Notes under the pieces: model-generated
Seen by the model: the letters and a program-made list of their open reading frames with translations, nothing else
Told to the model about the DNA's origin: nothing
Databases searched by the model: none
In this document: one piece after another, positions 27,124 through 36,232 of the stretch
Layout of the letters: each line of letters opens with the position of its first letter
How positions within the stretch are numbered: position 1 is the first letter of the stretch
Made by a program: the position numbers and the translations under genes
Assembly (NCBI GenBank): GCA_018302985.1
Contig: JAGVZA010000002.1
Span: 32,228 to 96,227, forward strand
Direction of reading: 5' to 3'
DNA length: 64,000 nt
From: Candidatus Woesearchaeota archaeon
Lineage (GTDB): Archaea > Nanobdellota > Nanobdellia > SCGC-AAA011-G17 > UBA489

Positions 27124-28563
27124 CTATAAAATTTTTCCTGGTTCATAACGAGCTTCTGCAGCATAAGGTTCAAAAAAATGTTTATGTGCTTTAGTTCTCA
27201 CTCGATCAATTTGATCTCGAGCGTTGCCAATGAAATGTGTAGTGTCTTGAAGAAGTTGTTCTATGCTTGCTTGTGTGATATTATTTGCTTGGAATAAAGG
27301 ATCTGTTGCTAAGCGAGCTGCTAGTGCTGGTTCTTTTCCTTCTTCTCGCATTGCTAAAGCTTCAGCAACTGCATGTTGTTTGATAACGGCATGTGCTTGT
27401 TCTCTTCCAATGCCTGCTTTAACTGCCATCGTAAGGATTTCAGTCGTTGCAAGGAAAGATAAATAGTGCTCAATTTCTTTTTGAATAACTCTTGGATAAG
27501 CTCCCATTTTATTTAAGACAGTAAGTGTAGTTTCACAAAGTCCATCAGAAGTATAAAATGCATCAGGAAGAACAACTCTGCGAAGAGCAGAACAAGAGAC
27601 ATCTCCTTCTTCCCATTGAGCTCCAGAAAGGCGTGAAGCGCCATCTCCGTACATTTTTAATAATTCACCTAAAGACCAAATACGTTCAGAACCAGGAGTA
27701 TTCATCTTATGAGGCATAGCAGTAGAGCCTACTTGTCCCTCTTGAAATCCTTCTGTGACTAATTCATAACCAGCCATCAAACGCATGCCTATTGCAAAAT
27801 TTTGAGGTGCAGATCCTAAAGCAGCAAGATGACTAACTAATGCATAATCTAGAGATCTCGGATACACTTGTCCAGGTGCATCTAAGACTGTAGTAAATCC
27901 CAGTTGTTCAGCAACTCTTTGTTCTAACTTTTGTACTTTCTCCTTGCTACCAAGCAAAGTCAGCATATCAAACTGTGTACCTACTGGTCCCTTAATGCCT
28001 CTTAAGGGATAACCTTGGAGAAAATGTTCAAAGGAATGCATATGAGTATACAGTTCTTCAGCCCACATAGACATTCTTCTTCCTAAAGAGGTTAATTGTG
28101 CTGCTTGATGATGGGTGCGTGCTGTTAAAAAAATAGGAGCATATTGCTCTGATTTATCAACTAGATGGCGTAAAACTGAAACATATTTTCCTAAAATAAA
28201 TTTGCCAGCTCTTTTATTTTGCATTTGTTCAACATTGTCTGTTGCATCTCTACTAGTCATGCCTAGATGAATTTGTTCTGGAGCTTGTGCTGCTTCAACA
28301 AAAGCTTGGATGCGTGCTTTCACATCATGCCTGGTTTTTTTCTCTATCTCCAAGATCCGTGCTAAGTCAATACTATGTTTCGCAGCTTCAAATTTGGCTA
28401 TGGTTTCAGCAGAAATATCTACGCCTAACTCTCGTTGCGCTTTCATGACTGCAATCCAGAGATCGCGTTCAGCAATGATTGTTCCTTGTTCAGAAAAAAT
28501 TACATTTATAGGTTCAGTTGCATATCTTCTGGAAAGCACATTGGTGTTGACTATTTTACTCAT
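27124..28563 (-). CDS. purB: Adenylosuccinate lyase
   Basis: RHDVKA, HLGMTSRD, RTH.Q.AQ.T, GSTAMPHKMN. Confidence 0.95.
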   Translation of the reverse strand: MSKIVNTNVLSRRYATEPINVIFSEQGTIIAERDLWIAVMKAQRELGVDISAETIAKFEAAKHSIDLARILEIEKKTRHDVKARIQAFVEAAQAPEQIHLGMTSRDATDNVEQMQNKRAGKFILGKYVSVLRHLVDKSEQYAPIFLTARTHHQAAQLTSLGRRMSMWAEELYTHMHSFEHFLQGYPLRGIKGPVGTQFDMLTLLGSKEKVQKLEQRVAEQLGFTTVLDAPGQVYPRSLDYALVSHLAALGSAPQNFAIGMRLMAGYELVTEGFQEGQVGSTAMPHKMNTPGSERIWSLGELLKMYGDGASRLSGAQWEEGDVSCSALRRVVLPDAFYTSDGLCETTLTVLNKMGAYPRVIQKEIEHYLSFLATTEILTMAVKAGIGREQAHAVIKQHAVAEALAMREEGKEPALAARLATDPLFQANNITQASIEQLLQDTTHFIGNARDQIDRVRTKAHKHFFEPYAAEARYEPGKIL

Positions 28564-28575
28564 AACATCTTCCTC

Positions 28576-29763
28576 TCAAAAGTGACCAAAACATCTCTCC
28601 AAAGTAAATGCCATTGCCATCTTATATTTATTTGCTGCTGCAATAATTTCAGAATCTCTTTTTGAGCCGCCAGGTTGAATAATAGCAGAGATACCACAAC
28701 GTCCAAGTAATTCAATAGAGTCTGGTTTAGGGAAAAAAGCATCAGAAGAAAGTACTGCTCCCTCAAGAGGATTATGCTTTAGACGATGTCTTTCTCTAGC
28801 CCCATTTAAAGGATTATACTTAATGCCTGCCTGATCCATAGCTTTTTGATATCCTTGAACTAATCCTTGTTCGACTGCACCGACACGTTCTGTTCTACCA
28901 GAGCTTACAGCTAAAGTAACACCATTTTTTACTATCACAATACCATTGCTTCGTACAGCTCCTACATTGACATACCATGCAGTGATCATGTCATCCAGTT
29001 CTCTAGGAGTAGGATTTCTTTTAACAACAAATGATTTTCCATCAGGTGTTCTGACTAAAGGATCTACAATGAGATCTCGAGGACTACGAATACTACTTAG
29101 ATAAGGTGCCTGTGCTAATACACTTTCTGTTGGTAATCCTTTAAGTTCGGGTATTTGCATTCTATTAACTCTACCCTGAATTAAACTACTTGTGAACTTA
29201 GGTATTCTATCAAGATGGTCATAGAGAATCAATCGTAAGTCTTGTTTTTCTCCTAAAATTTTTAGAGCATCAGCAGTAAATGATGGAGCAGCGACGCCTT
29301 CAACATAAGTAGTCATGAGTTCTGTTGCAGCCGCAGCATCTACTCTTCTATTAAAAACTACAACTGATCCAAAAGCACTTCGTGCATCAGCATCTCTTGC
29401 TTTTTTATAGAGTTCATCTAAACTTTCTCCATCTACTTGTTTTGCAAATCCAGAAGGAATTAAATGTTTCATGACTGCAACTGCTGGTTGAGTGAAAAAC
29501 TTGAGAACTTGTAAAGCTCGAGTTATATCCATGTAATTAGTTGCAGATAATCCAGCCTTGCCTGTTTTTGCAAGACGAATATTAACCAGTGGTGCTAATG
29601 TGCTGTCTTTAAAATGATAAATTGCTCCAGGTTGATTAGGATTTTCACCATAACGCAACGATGCTTGTCGCACTAGCTCAAGTTGTAATGTTTCTGGAAA
29701 CTCTTCTGTTCTTGCAGTTCTATAAGTTCGCTGGAAATCCGTAACATCAGTGCCTCGTGTCAT
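28576..29763 (-). CDS. purH: AICAR transformylase domain of PurH (split)
   Basis: LRYGENPNQ, LS..NY.D, KH..P.G, SAFG, VRSNGIV, SDAFFP..D, IIQPGGSKRD, R.F.HF. Confidence 0.9.
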   Translation of the reverse strand: MTRGTDVTDFQRTYRTARTEEFPETLQLELVRQASLRYGENPNQPGAIYHFKDSTLAPLVNIRLAKTGKAGLSATNYMDITRALQVLKFFTQPAVAVMKHLIPSGFAKQVDGESLDELYKKARDADARSAFGSVVVFNRRVDAAAATELMTTYVEGVAAPSFTADALKILGEKQDLRLILYDHLDRIPKFTSSLIQGRVNRMQIPELKGLPTESVLAQAPYLSSIRSPRDLIVDPLVRTPDGKSFVVKRNPTPRELDDMITAWYVNVGAVRSNGIVIVKNGVTLAVSSGRTERVGAVEQGLVQGYQKAMDQAGIKYNPLNGARERHRLKHNPLEGAVLSSDAFFPKPDSIELLGRCGISAIIQPGGSKRDSEIIAAANKYKMAMAFTLERCFGHF

Positions 29764-29766
29764 TGC

Positions 29767-30453
29767 TTACTCCTCTACCTGCAATCCGGGAAGAACGTCT
29801 CTATGAAAATTAAGTCCACCAAAGTGCTGACCAATCGCAGATCTATAACTGCCAACAGTTCGCATAGCTTCTTGTGCTAACAAAAATCTGAAAGATAAGG
29901 GAAGTCCTCCACGAGTACTTAATTCAGCGCTAACTAAATGATATTGATTTGGATTGCTTATAACAGCGACACTATGCCAGTTTTTCGCTGCGGCCATAAT
30001 CATTGCAGGTCCACCAATGTCGATATTGATGCGAGCTTGTTCAGCAGTGCAATCTGGTTTTGCAACGACGTCAGTGAAAGGATATAGGTTGCCTACCATC
30101 ACATCGAAATAAACACCACCCATAGCAGCTAAATATTGTTCATGTTTAGGATTATTTCTTTCTGCTAAAAGACCAGCGTGTACTTTAGGATGTAGTGTTT
30201 TGACTAATCCACCATCCATCTCTGGTGCTCCAGTAAATGCTTCTACAGAAGTATAATGTTTTTCTGCAAGAGGACCTAAAACATTGACGACTTTCTCACC
30301 GGTACCACCAGTAGAATAGAACTGAGCTGCTGGATTTGCGTTTAATATACCATTTACTAGAATCGCTAAATCTGTTTTGTCAAAAACACTCACTAAAATG
30401 TGTTGTGGTTGAATAACATTCTTCACAGGAAATTTGTTTTCTCGAATAGTCAT
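29767..30453 (-). CDS. purH: IMP cyclohydrolase (MGS-like) domain of PurH (split)
   Basis: LVSVFDKT, STGGT, TG.PEM.GG.VKTLHP.VHAGLL, NLYPF, IDIGGP.M..AAAKN. Confidence 0.9.
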   Translation of the reverse strand: MTIRENKFPVKNVIQPQHILVSVFDKTDLAILVNGILNANPAAQFYSTGGTGEKVVNVLGPLAEKHYTSVEAFTGAPEMDGGLVKTLHPKVHAGLLAERNNPKHEQYLAAMGGVYFDVMVGNLYPFTDVVAKPDCTAEQARINIDIGGPAMIMAAAKNWHSVAVISNPNQYHLVSAELSTRGGLPLSFRFLLAQEAMRTVGSYRSAIGQHFGGLNFHRDVLPGLQVEE

Positions 30454-30456
30454 TAT

Positions 30457-30975
30457 TTATGCCTCCGGTACCCAACTTAATTTAGCTTTCAGTGATTTAT
30501 CTTTTTCTTGTAGCTCTTCTCCTTTATCATGAATATCTTTAAGGAGTTGGTCTACATAGTTTGAATTAAGATGTGAAAATATTTGTGCAACTGCTCGTGC
30601 TACATTTTTTGGATTTCTAACATACATATTAGAACTTAATGGGGGGTTGCCTAAACAACCATCATTCGGTACATCTGGTGGACAGCTAATAACAGGTCTA
30701 AGACTATGTCGAGCAACAAAGCCTGATAAAAAATCTACACCTCCTGCAACAGTGATATATGCAAGAGCACCGCTCATATTATCATAGTGTCTTACAAGTC
30801 TCATAACTGCTTCAGAGTCATTGTGAGCAGATTGAATACGTACTTCTTGAGGAATTTTATATTTTGCCATGGCAGCACAAATTTCGCTTACATGTTGTTC
30901 ATCGCTCCCAGATCCAGCAAGAATAACAGCGCACCCAATATTTTGTTCTACGAGTTCTCGAAATCGATCAGACAT
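30457..30975 (-). CDS. purE: AIR carboxylase (PurE family, class II-like)
   Basis: ILAGSGSD, RI.SAH, TVAG...LSG, PVISCPP. Confidence 0.85.
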   Translation of the reverse strand: MSDRFRELVEQNIGCAVILAGSGSDEQHVSEICAAMAKYKIPQEVRIQSAHNDSEAVMRLVRHYDNMSGALAYITVAGGVDFLSGFVARHSLRPVISCPPDVPNDGCLGNPPLSSNMYVRNPKNVARAVAQIFSHLNSNYVDQLLKDIHDKGEELQEKDKSLKAKLSWVPEA

Positions 30976-31118
30976 AACTATACCCCCTTGTAATTATCAT
31001 GTATAAATCTAATTGCAACGAGAAGAAGATGCATATAAATCTTGCTGTAAAAAAATGTCCTAGCTGAGTAACAAAAAAGAACAAGAACATTTATATGGTA
31101 GAACTGAAAAGAAAAATC

Positions 31119-32618
31119 ATGGTGAGCAAAAGAAAATCATTGCCTAAAGATCGTTTCTTTGAGAACATAGAGGATGAACTTGCATTAACCTTTGATGACG
31201 TTCGTTTAAGAACGGGTTTTTCAGAAGTTATGCCTGATGCTGTTGATATAACTACTTTCTTCTCAAGAAATGTTCCATTGCAAATACCTTTTGTAAGTGC
31301 TGCTATGGATACAGTAACAGAACACCAAATGGCTATCGCTATGGCGAAAGCAGGCGGTCTTGGGATTATTCATAGAAATCTAACGCCTGAGATGCAAGCA
31401 AAAGAAGTTGCTCGAGTAAAATATCATTTAAATGGAAAGATCACAGAGCCTATATGCGTTAATGAAACTATAACTATAAGCGAACTTTTACAATTAAAAG
31501 AACAAAAAGGATATACATTCCATACTTTTCCCGTACTCAACCAAAAGAGACAATTAGTAGGTGTTCTAACAGAAACTGATTTTGATTGTTGTATAGATCC
31601 ATCGCGTTTGGCTAGAGAAGTTATGAGCACTAATTTAGTTACTAGTCATCCAAGAACAACAGTGCAAGCAGCTTATGATAGAATGATACAAGAAAGAAAA
31701 AAAGTATTGCCTTTAGTAAATAAACAAGGACATCTTACAGGTCTCTATATTTTTAGTGATGTCAGGAGAATTGTTACAGAAAGTAGTGCACATTATAATG
31801 TTGATGACAATGGACAGCTCAGAGTAGGTGCAGCTATTGGTGTAAATGATTTTGAGAGAGTAGAAAAATTATTAGACAAAAGAGTAGATGTAGTGGTAAT
31901 TGACACTGCACATGCAGATACAAAACCAGTCATAGATACACTCAAACAACTTAAAAAAAGATACACTTCACTGGATGTAGTTGTTGGTAATATTTCTGAA
32001 AAAGAATCAGCAAGAAGATTACTAGATGCAGGCGCCGATGGCATTAAAATTGGTCAAGGTCCAGGTTCTATTTGTACAACAAGAATTGTGGCGGGAGTTG
32101 GAACTCCTCAAGTGACTGCAGTCTATTGGTGTGCAAGAGTTGCTGATGAATATAAAGTTCCTGTATGTGCTGATGGTGGTCTAAGAAATTCTGGAGATAT
32201 TCCTATAGCTATTGGAGCTGGTGCTCATTCACTGATGATGGGAAATATGTTCGCAGGAACAAATGAAGCCCCGGGAGAGATTGTCTTTCTCGAAGGAAAA
32301 CAATGGAAAGGTTATAGAGGTATGGGTTCTGAAGGAGCTATGCAACAACACGCAGCATCAAGAGAGAGATATAGAACAGGAAAATCATTATTAGTACCTG
32401 AAGGTGTAGAAGGATTAACTCCTTATAAAGGCCCATTAGCAACAGTGATTAGTACGAATATCGGTGGATTGCGAATAGGTATGGGGTATGTAGGAGCTGC
32501 AACTATAGAAGAATTGCGTGCTAAAGGAAATTTTCAGCGCATAACAAACGCAGGAATAAATGAATCACACCCACATGATGTCAGAATAGTAAAAGATGCA
32601 CCGAATTATAAAAGATAG
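31119..32618 (+). CDS. guaB: IMP dehydrogenase with CBS pair
   Basis: ALTFDDV, SAAMDTVTE, GPGSICTTR, ADGG, YRGMGS, VPEGVEG, ESHPHDV. Confidence 0.97.
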   Translation: MVSKRKSLPKDRFFENIEDELALTFDDVRLRTGFSEVMPDAVDITTFFSRNVPLQIPFVSAAMDTVTEHQMAIAMAKAGGLGIIHRNLTPEMQAKEVARVKYHLNGKITEPICVNETITISELLQLKEQKGYTFHTFPVLNQKRQLVGVLTETDFDCCIDPSRLAREVMSTNLVTSHPRTTVQAAYDRMIQERKKVLPLVNKQGHLTGLYIFSDVRRIVTESSAHYNVDDNGQLRVGAAIGVNDFERVEKLLDKRVDVVVIDTAHADTKPVIDTLKQLKKRYTSLDVVVGNISEKESARRLLDAGADGIKIGQGPGSICTTRIVAGVGTPQVTAVYWCARVADEYKVPVCADGGLRNSGDIPIAIGAGAHSLMMGNMFAGTNEAPGEIVFLEGKQWKGYRGMGSEGAMQQHAASRERYRTGKSLLVPEGVEGLTPYKGPLATVISTNIGGLRIGMGYVGAATIEELRAKGNFQRITNAGINESHPHDVRIVKDAPNYKR

Positions 32619-32630
32619 GAACAATACAAC

Positions 32631-34148
32631 ATGACTTTAGAAACTCTAGTCGAAGGCAAAAAAACTATTGCACTTCCCTGTGCTCAATGGGGAGATACTG
32701 GTAAAGGAAAGTTTGTAGATTTTTTTGCAGAAGAATGGGCTGATATAGTTATTCGTGGTACTGGCGGTGCTAATGCAGGGCATACAATTAGATATAAAGT
32801 TAGATTTGAAGTTGAAGAGAGAGAAATAATATTACACTTAATTCCTTCTGGTATTCTTCACGACAAAAAAGTCACTAATATTATAGGTCCTGGAGTTGTT
32901 CTCGATCCATGGGAGACTCTACATGAAATACAGCGATTACATGAGGCTGGTTATACTACAAATAATTTGATGATTTCTCATAACGCTAAACTAGTATTGC
33001 CTCAACATATTTTATTGGACAGATTGGAAGAAGCTGTTGCAGGCAAAGAAAAATTAGGAACCACAGGAAGAGGTATTGGCAAGGCATATGAAGATGTTCC
33101 TGCTAGAATTGCTTTGACAGTTAATGATTTGCTCAATCCAGATATCTTACACAAAAAATTAAAAAGGAATTTAGAAAGAAGAGCAAGAGTTTTACAAACC
33201 TATGATCCAGCATTAGTAAAAGCAATACTTAGTGATCCCAAAGTATCTAGTTTTAGAAATGGATCTTTTTTTAATGCCGAAGCAGGATTAAGTCTAGATG
33301 CTTTGATGGCATTTTATACTCAATACGGTGCTCAGCTAAAAGAACACGTGCGAGATACACAAAAATATGTACGTGAACATGTAGGAAGAAAAAAGATATT
33401 ATTAGAGGGAGCACAAGGAACATTGCTAAGTGTAGATTATGGTACCATTCCTTTTGTTACCTCTTCAGATTGTTCTATTGAAGGATTAGCAAAAGGGGCA
33501 GGTGTTAACAGGAGAGAGGTGGATTTAGTCTTAAGTATAGTGAAAGCACCTTATATGACTCGTGTTGGTGAAGGTCCATTCCCTACAGAATTAGGAGGAG
33601 TAGACTCCGCAAAACATTGTAATGCCTCAACAAGAGAACAAGAACAAAGAGAATATCCAGGAGTATCAGTAAATGATACAGATCCCCTGAGACAAGGTAT
33701 TGCTATTAGAAGAGAAGGCAAGGAATTTGGCGCAACTACTGGTCGTCCAAGAAGAGTAGGTTGGTTAGATCTACCTTTATTACGTTTTGCAGCACAAATA
33801 AATGGTCCAGACATTATAGTAACTAAACCTGATGTATTGAGAGGATGTAATACTATTAATATTTGTCATGCTTATAGATATGAAGGTCCAAATATGTATG
33901 TGGGTGAAACTGAACTTAAGAAAGGTCAAGTGTTGTTTACGGCTATTCCAGCAGCAGAAGTTTTACAGCATTGCACTCCTCTATATGAACAATTGCCTGG
34001 TTGGCATGAAGACCTTAGAGAAGCAAGAGCATATGATGAACTTCCAGGAAATTTTAGAGCTATAATGAAGCACATAGAGAATCGCGCAGACGTAAATATT
34101 AGAATAATTTCCTTTGGTCCAGAAAGAACTCAAACTATTATAAGATAA
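32631..34148 (+). CDS. purA: Adenylosuccinate synthetase
   Basis: QWGD.GKGK, GG.NAGHT, GTTGRGIG, EGAQG, E.GATTGRPRR.GW.D. Confidence 0.96.
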   Translation: MTLETLVEGKKTIALPCAQWGDTGKGKFVDFFAEEWADIVIRGTGGANAGHTIRYKVRFEVEEREIILHLIPSGILHDKKVTNIIGPGVVLDPWETLHEIQRLHEAGYTTNNLMISHNAKLVLPQHILLDRLEEAVAGKEKLGTTGRGIGKAYEDVPARIALTVNDLLNPDILHKKLKRNLERRARVLQTYDPALVKAILSDPKVSSFRNGSFFNAEAGLSLDALMAFYTQYGAQLKEHVRDTQKYVREHVGRKKILLEGAQGTLLSVDYGTIPFVTSSDCSIEGLAKGAGVNRREVDLVLSIVKAPYMTRVGEGPFPTELGGVDSAKHCNASTREQEQREYPGVSVNDTDPLRQGIAIRREGKEFGATTGRPRRVGWLDLPLLRFAAQINGPDIIVTKPDVLRGCNTINICHAYRYEGPNMYVGETELKKGQVLFTAIPAAEVLQHCTPLYEQLPGWHEDLREARAYDELPGNFRAIMKHIENRADVNIRIISFGPERTQTIIR

Positions 34149-34197
34149 AACATTAATGCTTAAGAAAAATAAAAAAGAAAAAAATAAAAAAGATTTT

Positions 34198-35400
34198 TTA
34201 GTCCCGTGGTGCGCCAGCGGCTGTTGCAGTTCCAACATTGTCATACACGCTTATTTTTGCATTGTCATCTGTTGGATGATAGCCATTTCTGTAAGGATTA
34301 CTCTCATAATTCACACCTACTCGTCCATCATTATCAAAGTCTAGACTGATGATTTGTCCTGTTTGAGGTTCAATCCAGAACATGCTACCATCAGGCAAAT
34401 GGACATCAGTAACAGCATGTGCATAATCTGTCACGTTAGTATTGCCTCTATACTTGATAAAATAAGTGTAGGTTGCATTAAATCCAGCGCCTGTCAAATT
34501 CTGTTCTAAGGTGTCCGCGAAGTCATCGCAATCAAAAGTTGTTGCATTATAAGTTAAGTTGCTAATTCTGCTGGCGACAACTGCTTGCATAATAGTATTG
34601 ACTGCAGGGCTAGAAAGATTTGCTAAAGTCAAATTGACACGAGCTGTAGGTGCAGGATCTAAAGTTGTTTCAGTTGGAACACAATTTTGTACTGCTCCTC
34701 CTGTAGTCAAACGACAATAATTAAGAGATACTCCTTCAGCAATACATTCGCTTCCTGGTCCACCTAAAACTCCCAAAGTACAACAACCAGTGCCAACAAT
34801 TCCTTGACCAACAGTATAACTGACTGGGTTAGAAATAATAAATGGCTTCGGTGTCATCAAAGGATCATGCACAGCAACTGCGCTGGTAAAAGGTAATCCT
34901 AGTAATCCAGGGTCATTCGGAATAGCTATAGGAATAAATCCATGACCAGAATTATCCAAGAGTCCAAAGAAGAGCACAGGATAAGGTGGATTTACAGGAA
35001 TATGTCCTGCTCCAGGAATGTCTAAGCCAGGATAATCTCCAGTAAAAGAGATTGCTAGAATATAAGGCAAGTTAGCCATAGTGAGTGGTGCTTGTACTTC
35101 CAGAAGGATGGTTCCTCCAATGTTGAAGTTGCCGCTCACACGATGTACAACTTGTGAAAGACTTCCAGCAGCCATCGTTTGTGGATTGTTATTGTTGCCG
35201 CTCGAAGAAGCTGGTTGCGCTTGCAATTGTTGTAGTGCTGTAATCAATTGTGGTGTATTAACATTCGTTATCATCTGAATATTCTGTCCTGTCGGTTGTG
35301 TAAACAACGTTTGTGCAGGAGTAGGTTTGGCATAAATTAAACCAACAAAGCCTAAAAAAAGAACTAAAGAAAGAATACTTATTTTCCAATATGCTTTCAT
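34198..35400 (-). CDS. Secreted protein with C-terminal papain-like (MOA agglutinin-C/transglutaminase-like) domain
   Basis: Signal peptide; FDCDDFA...HAV...WIEPQ (Cys-His-Glu order). Confidence 0.65.
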   Translation of the reverse strand: MKAYWKISILSLVLFLGFVGLIYAKPTPAQTLFTQPTGQNIQMITNVNTPQLITALQQLQAQPASSSGNNNNPQTMAAGSLSQVVHRVSGNFNIGGTILLEVQAPLTMANLPYILAISFTGDYPGLDIPGAGHIPVNPPYPVLFFGLLDNSGHGFIPIAIPNDPGLLGLPFTSAVAVHDPLMTPKPFIISNPVSYTVGQGIVGTGCCTLGVLGGPGSECIAEGVSLNYCRLTTGGAVQNCVPTETTLDPAPTARVNLTLANLSSPAVNTIMQAVVASRISNLTYNATTFDCDDFADTLEQNLTGAGFNATYTYFIKYRGNTNVTDYAHAVTDVHLPDGSMFWIEPQTGQIISLDFDNDGRVGVNYESNPYRNGYHPTDDNAKISVYDNVGTATAAGAPRD

Positions 35401-35490
35401 AAATCAACCCCCCATAGGTAATTAAGTTTTGAGGTAAGCTCTTGTATTTAAAGGTTGGTTACTACAAGTGAATGAAAAATATTAGTTTTT

Positions 35491-36042
35491 CTAAGGATGA
35501 AAATGAGTTCCAAAGTGTTCTCGTAAAAAAGCTCGTGCTCTATGCAATCTTGTAGATGTTGTCTTTAGATTTACTCCCTGTTGCTGAGCAATAGCGACAT
35601 AGCTTAGGTTTTCAAATGCATAAAGTCTAAAAACACTCCTGAATTTTTCAGGTAGCAAAGCAACAGCTCGTTGAATTTTTGCCACGGTTTCTTCTGTAGC
35701 TAATTCAGTAAGAGGAGTTGCCTTGGCAGGACAATCTTGTTGTTCATCTAAAGGAAATGCTCTTTGAGCTCGACGTTGTGAACTCAAATAATCTCTACAA
35801 ACATTAGGAAAAGAAGCCCATATGTATCCTGGTAAGTTTTCAAAAATCTTTGGTCCATCATCGCTTGCAATTCTATGAAGCACTCTAAGATAAGTTTCTT
35901 GTGCACAATCTTCAGCAGCATCTCGTGAAAGTGAAAATTGTTTATATCCTCGTCTAAGTAATGCAGGTCGTAATCTTTCTACTGTTGTGGTCAATTGATC
36001 TAAACAGTCTTGTGTAAGTGTATCGAGAGTCGTCGTCACCAC
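35491..36042 (-). CDS. ECF-type sigma-70 family factor
   Basis: Region 2 (AAEDCAQETYLR, GYIW...NVCRDY) and region 4 (LPEKFRSVF.L...ENLSY.AIA...GV...T..TRLHRAR). Confidence 0.85.
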   Translation of the reverse strand: MVTTTLDTLTQDCLDQLTTTVERLRPALLRRGYKQFSLSRDAAEDCAQETYLRVLHRIASDDGPKIFENLPGYIWASFPNVCRDYLSSQRRAQRAFPLDEQQDCPAKATPLTELATEETVAKIQRAVALLPEKFRSVFRLYAFENLSYVAIAQQQGVNLKTTSTRLHRARAFLREHFGTHFHP

Positions 36043-36232
36043 TAGTAGTATAGATGGTTCAAAGAAGTATATAAGGATTGTTAAGATGTTTTAGATATAT
36101 CCAAAATAAATAGCATCTGTATTCTAGTAAATTTATACTCACTGTTTGATAATAAAAGAAAGTGCAGAAAGGTATTTATAGGCTGTTTTGTAAATTTTTC
36201 AAAGAGATTTATGAGTAAGGGGGTAAATTATT

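Noticed and set aside
28576-30975. Stop-codon readthrough fusing purE to the two purH halves (all in one frame)
   Set aside because: Each downstream ORF has its own ATG with an SD-like GGAG in the upstream gene end, and the stops are TAA.
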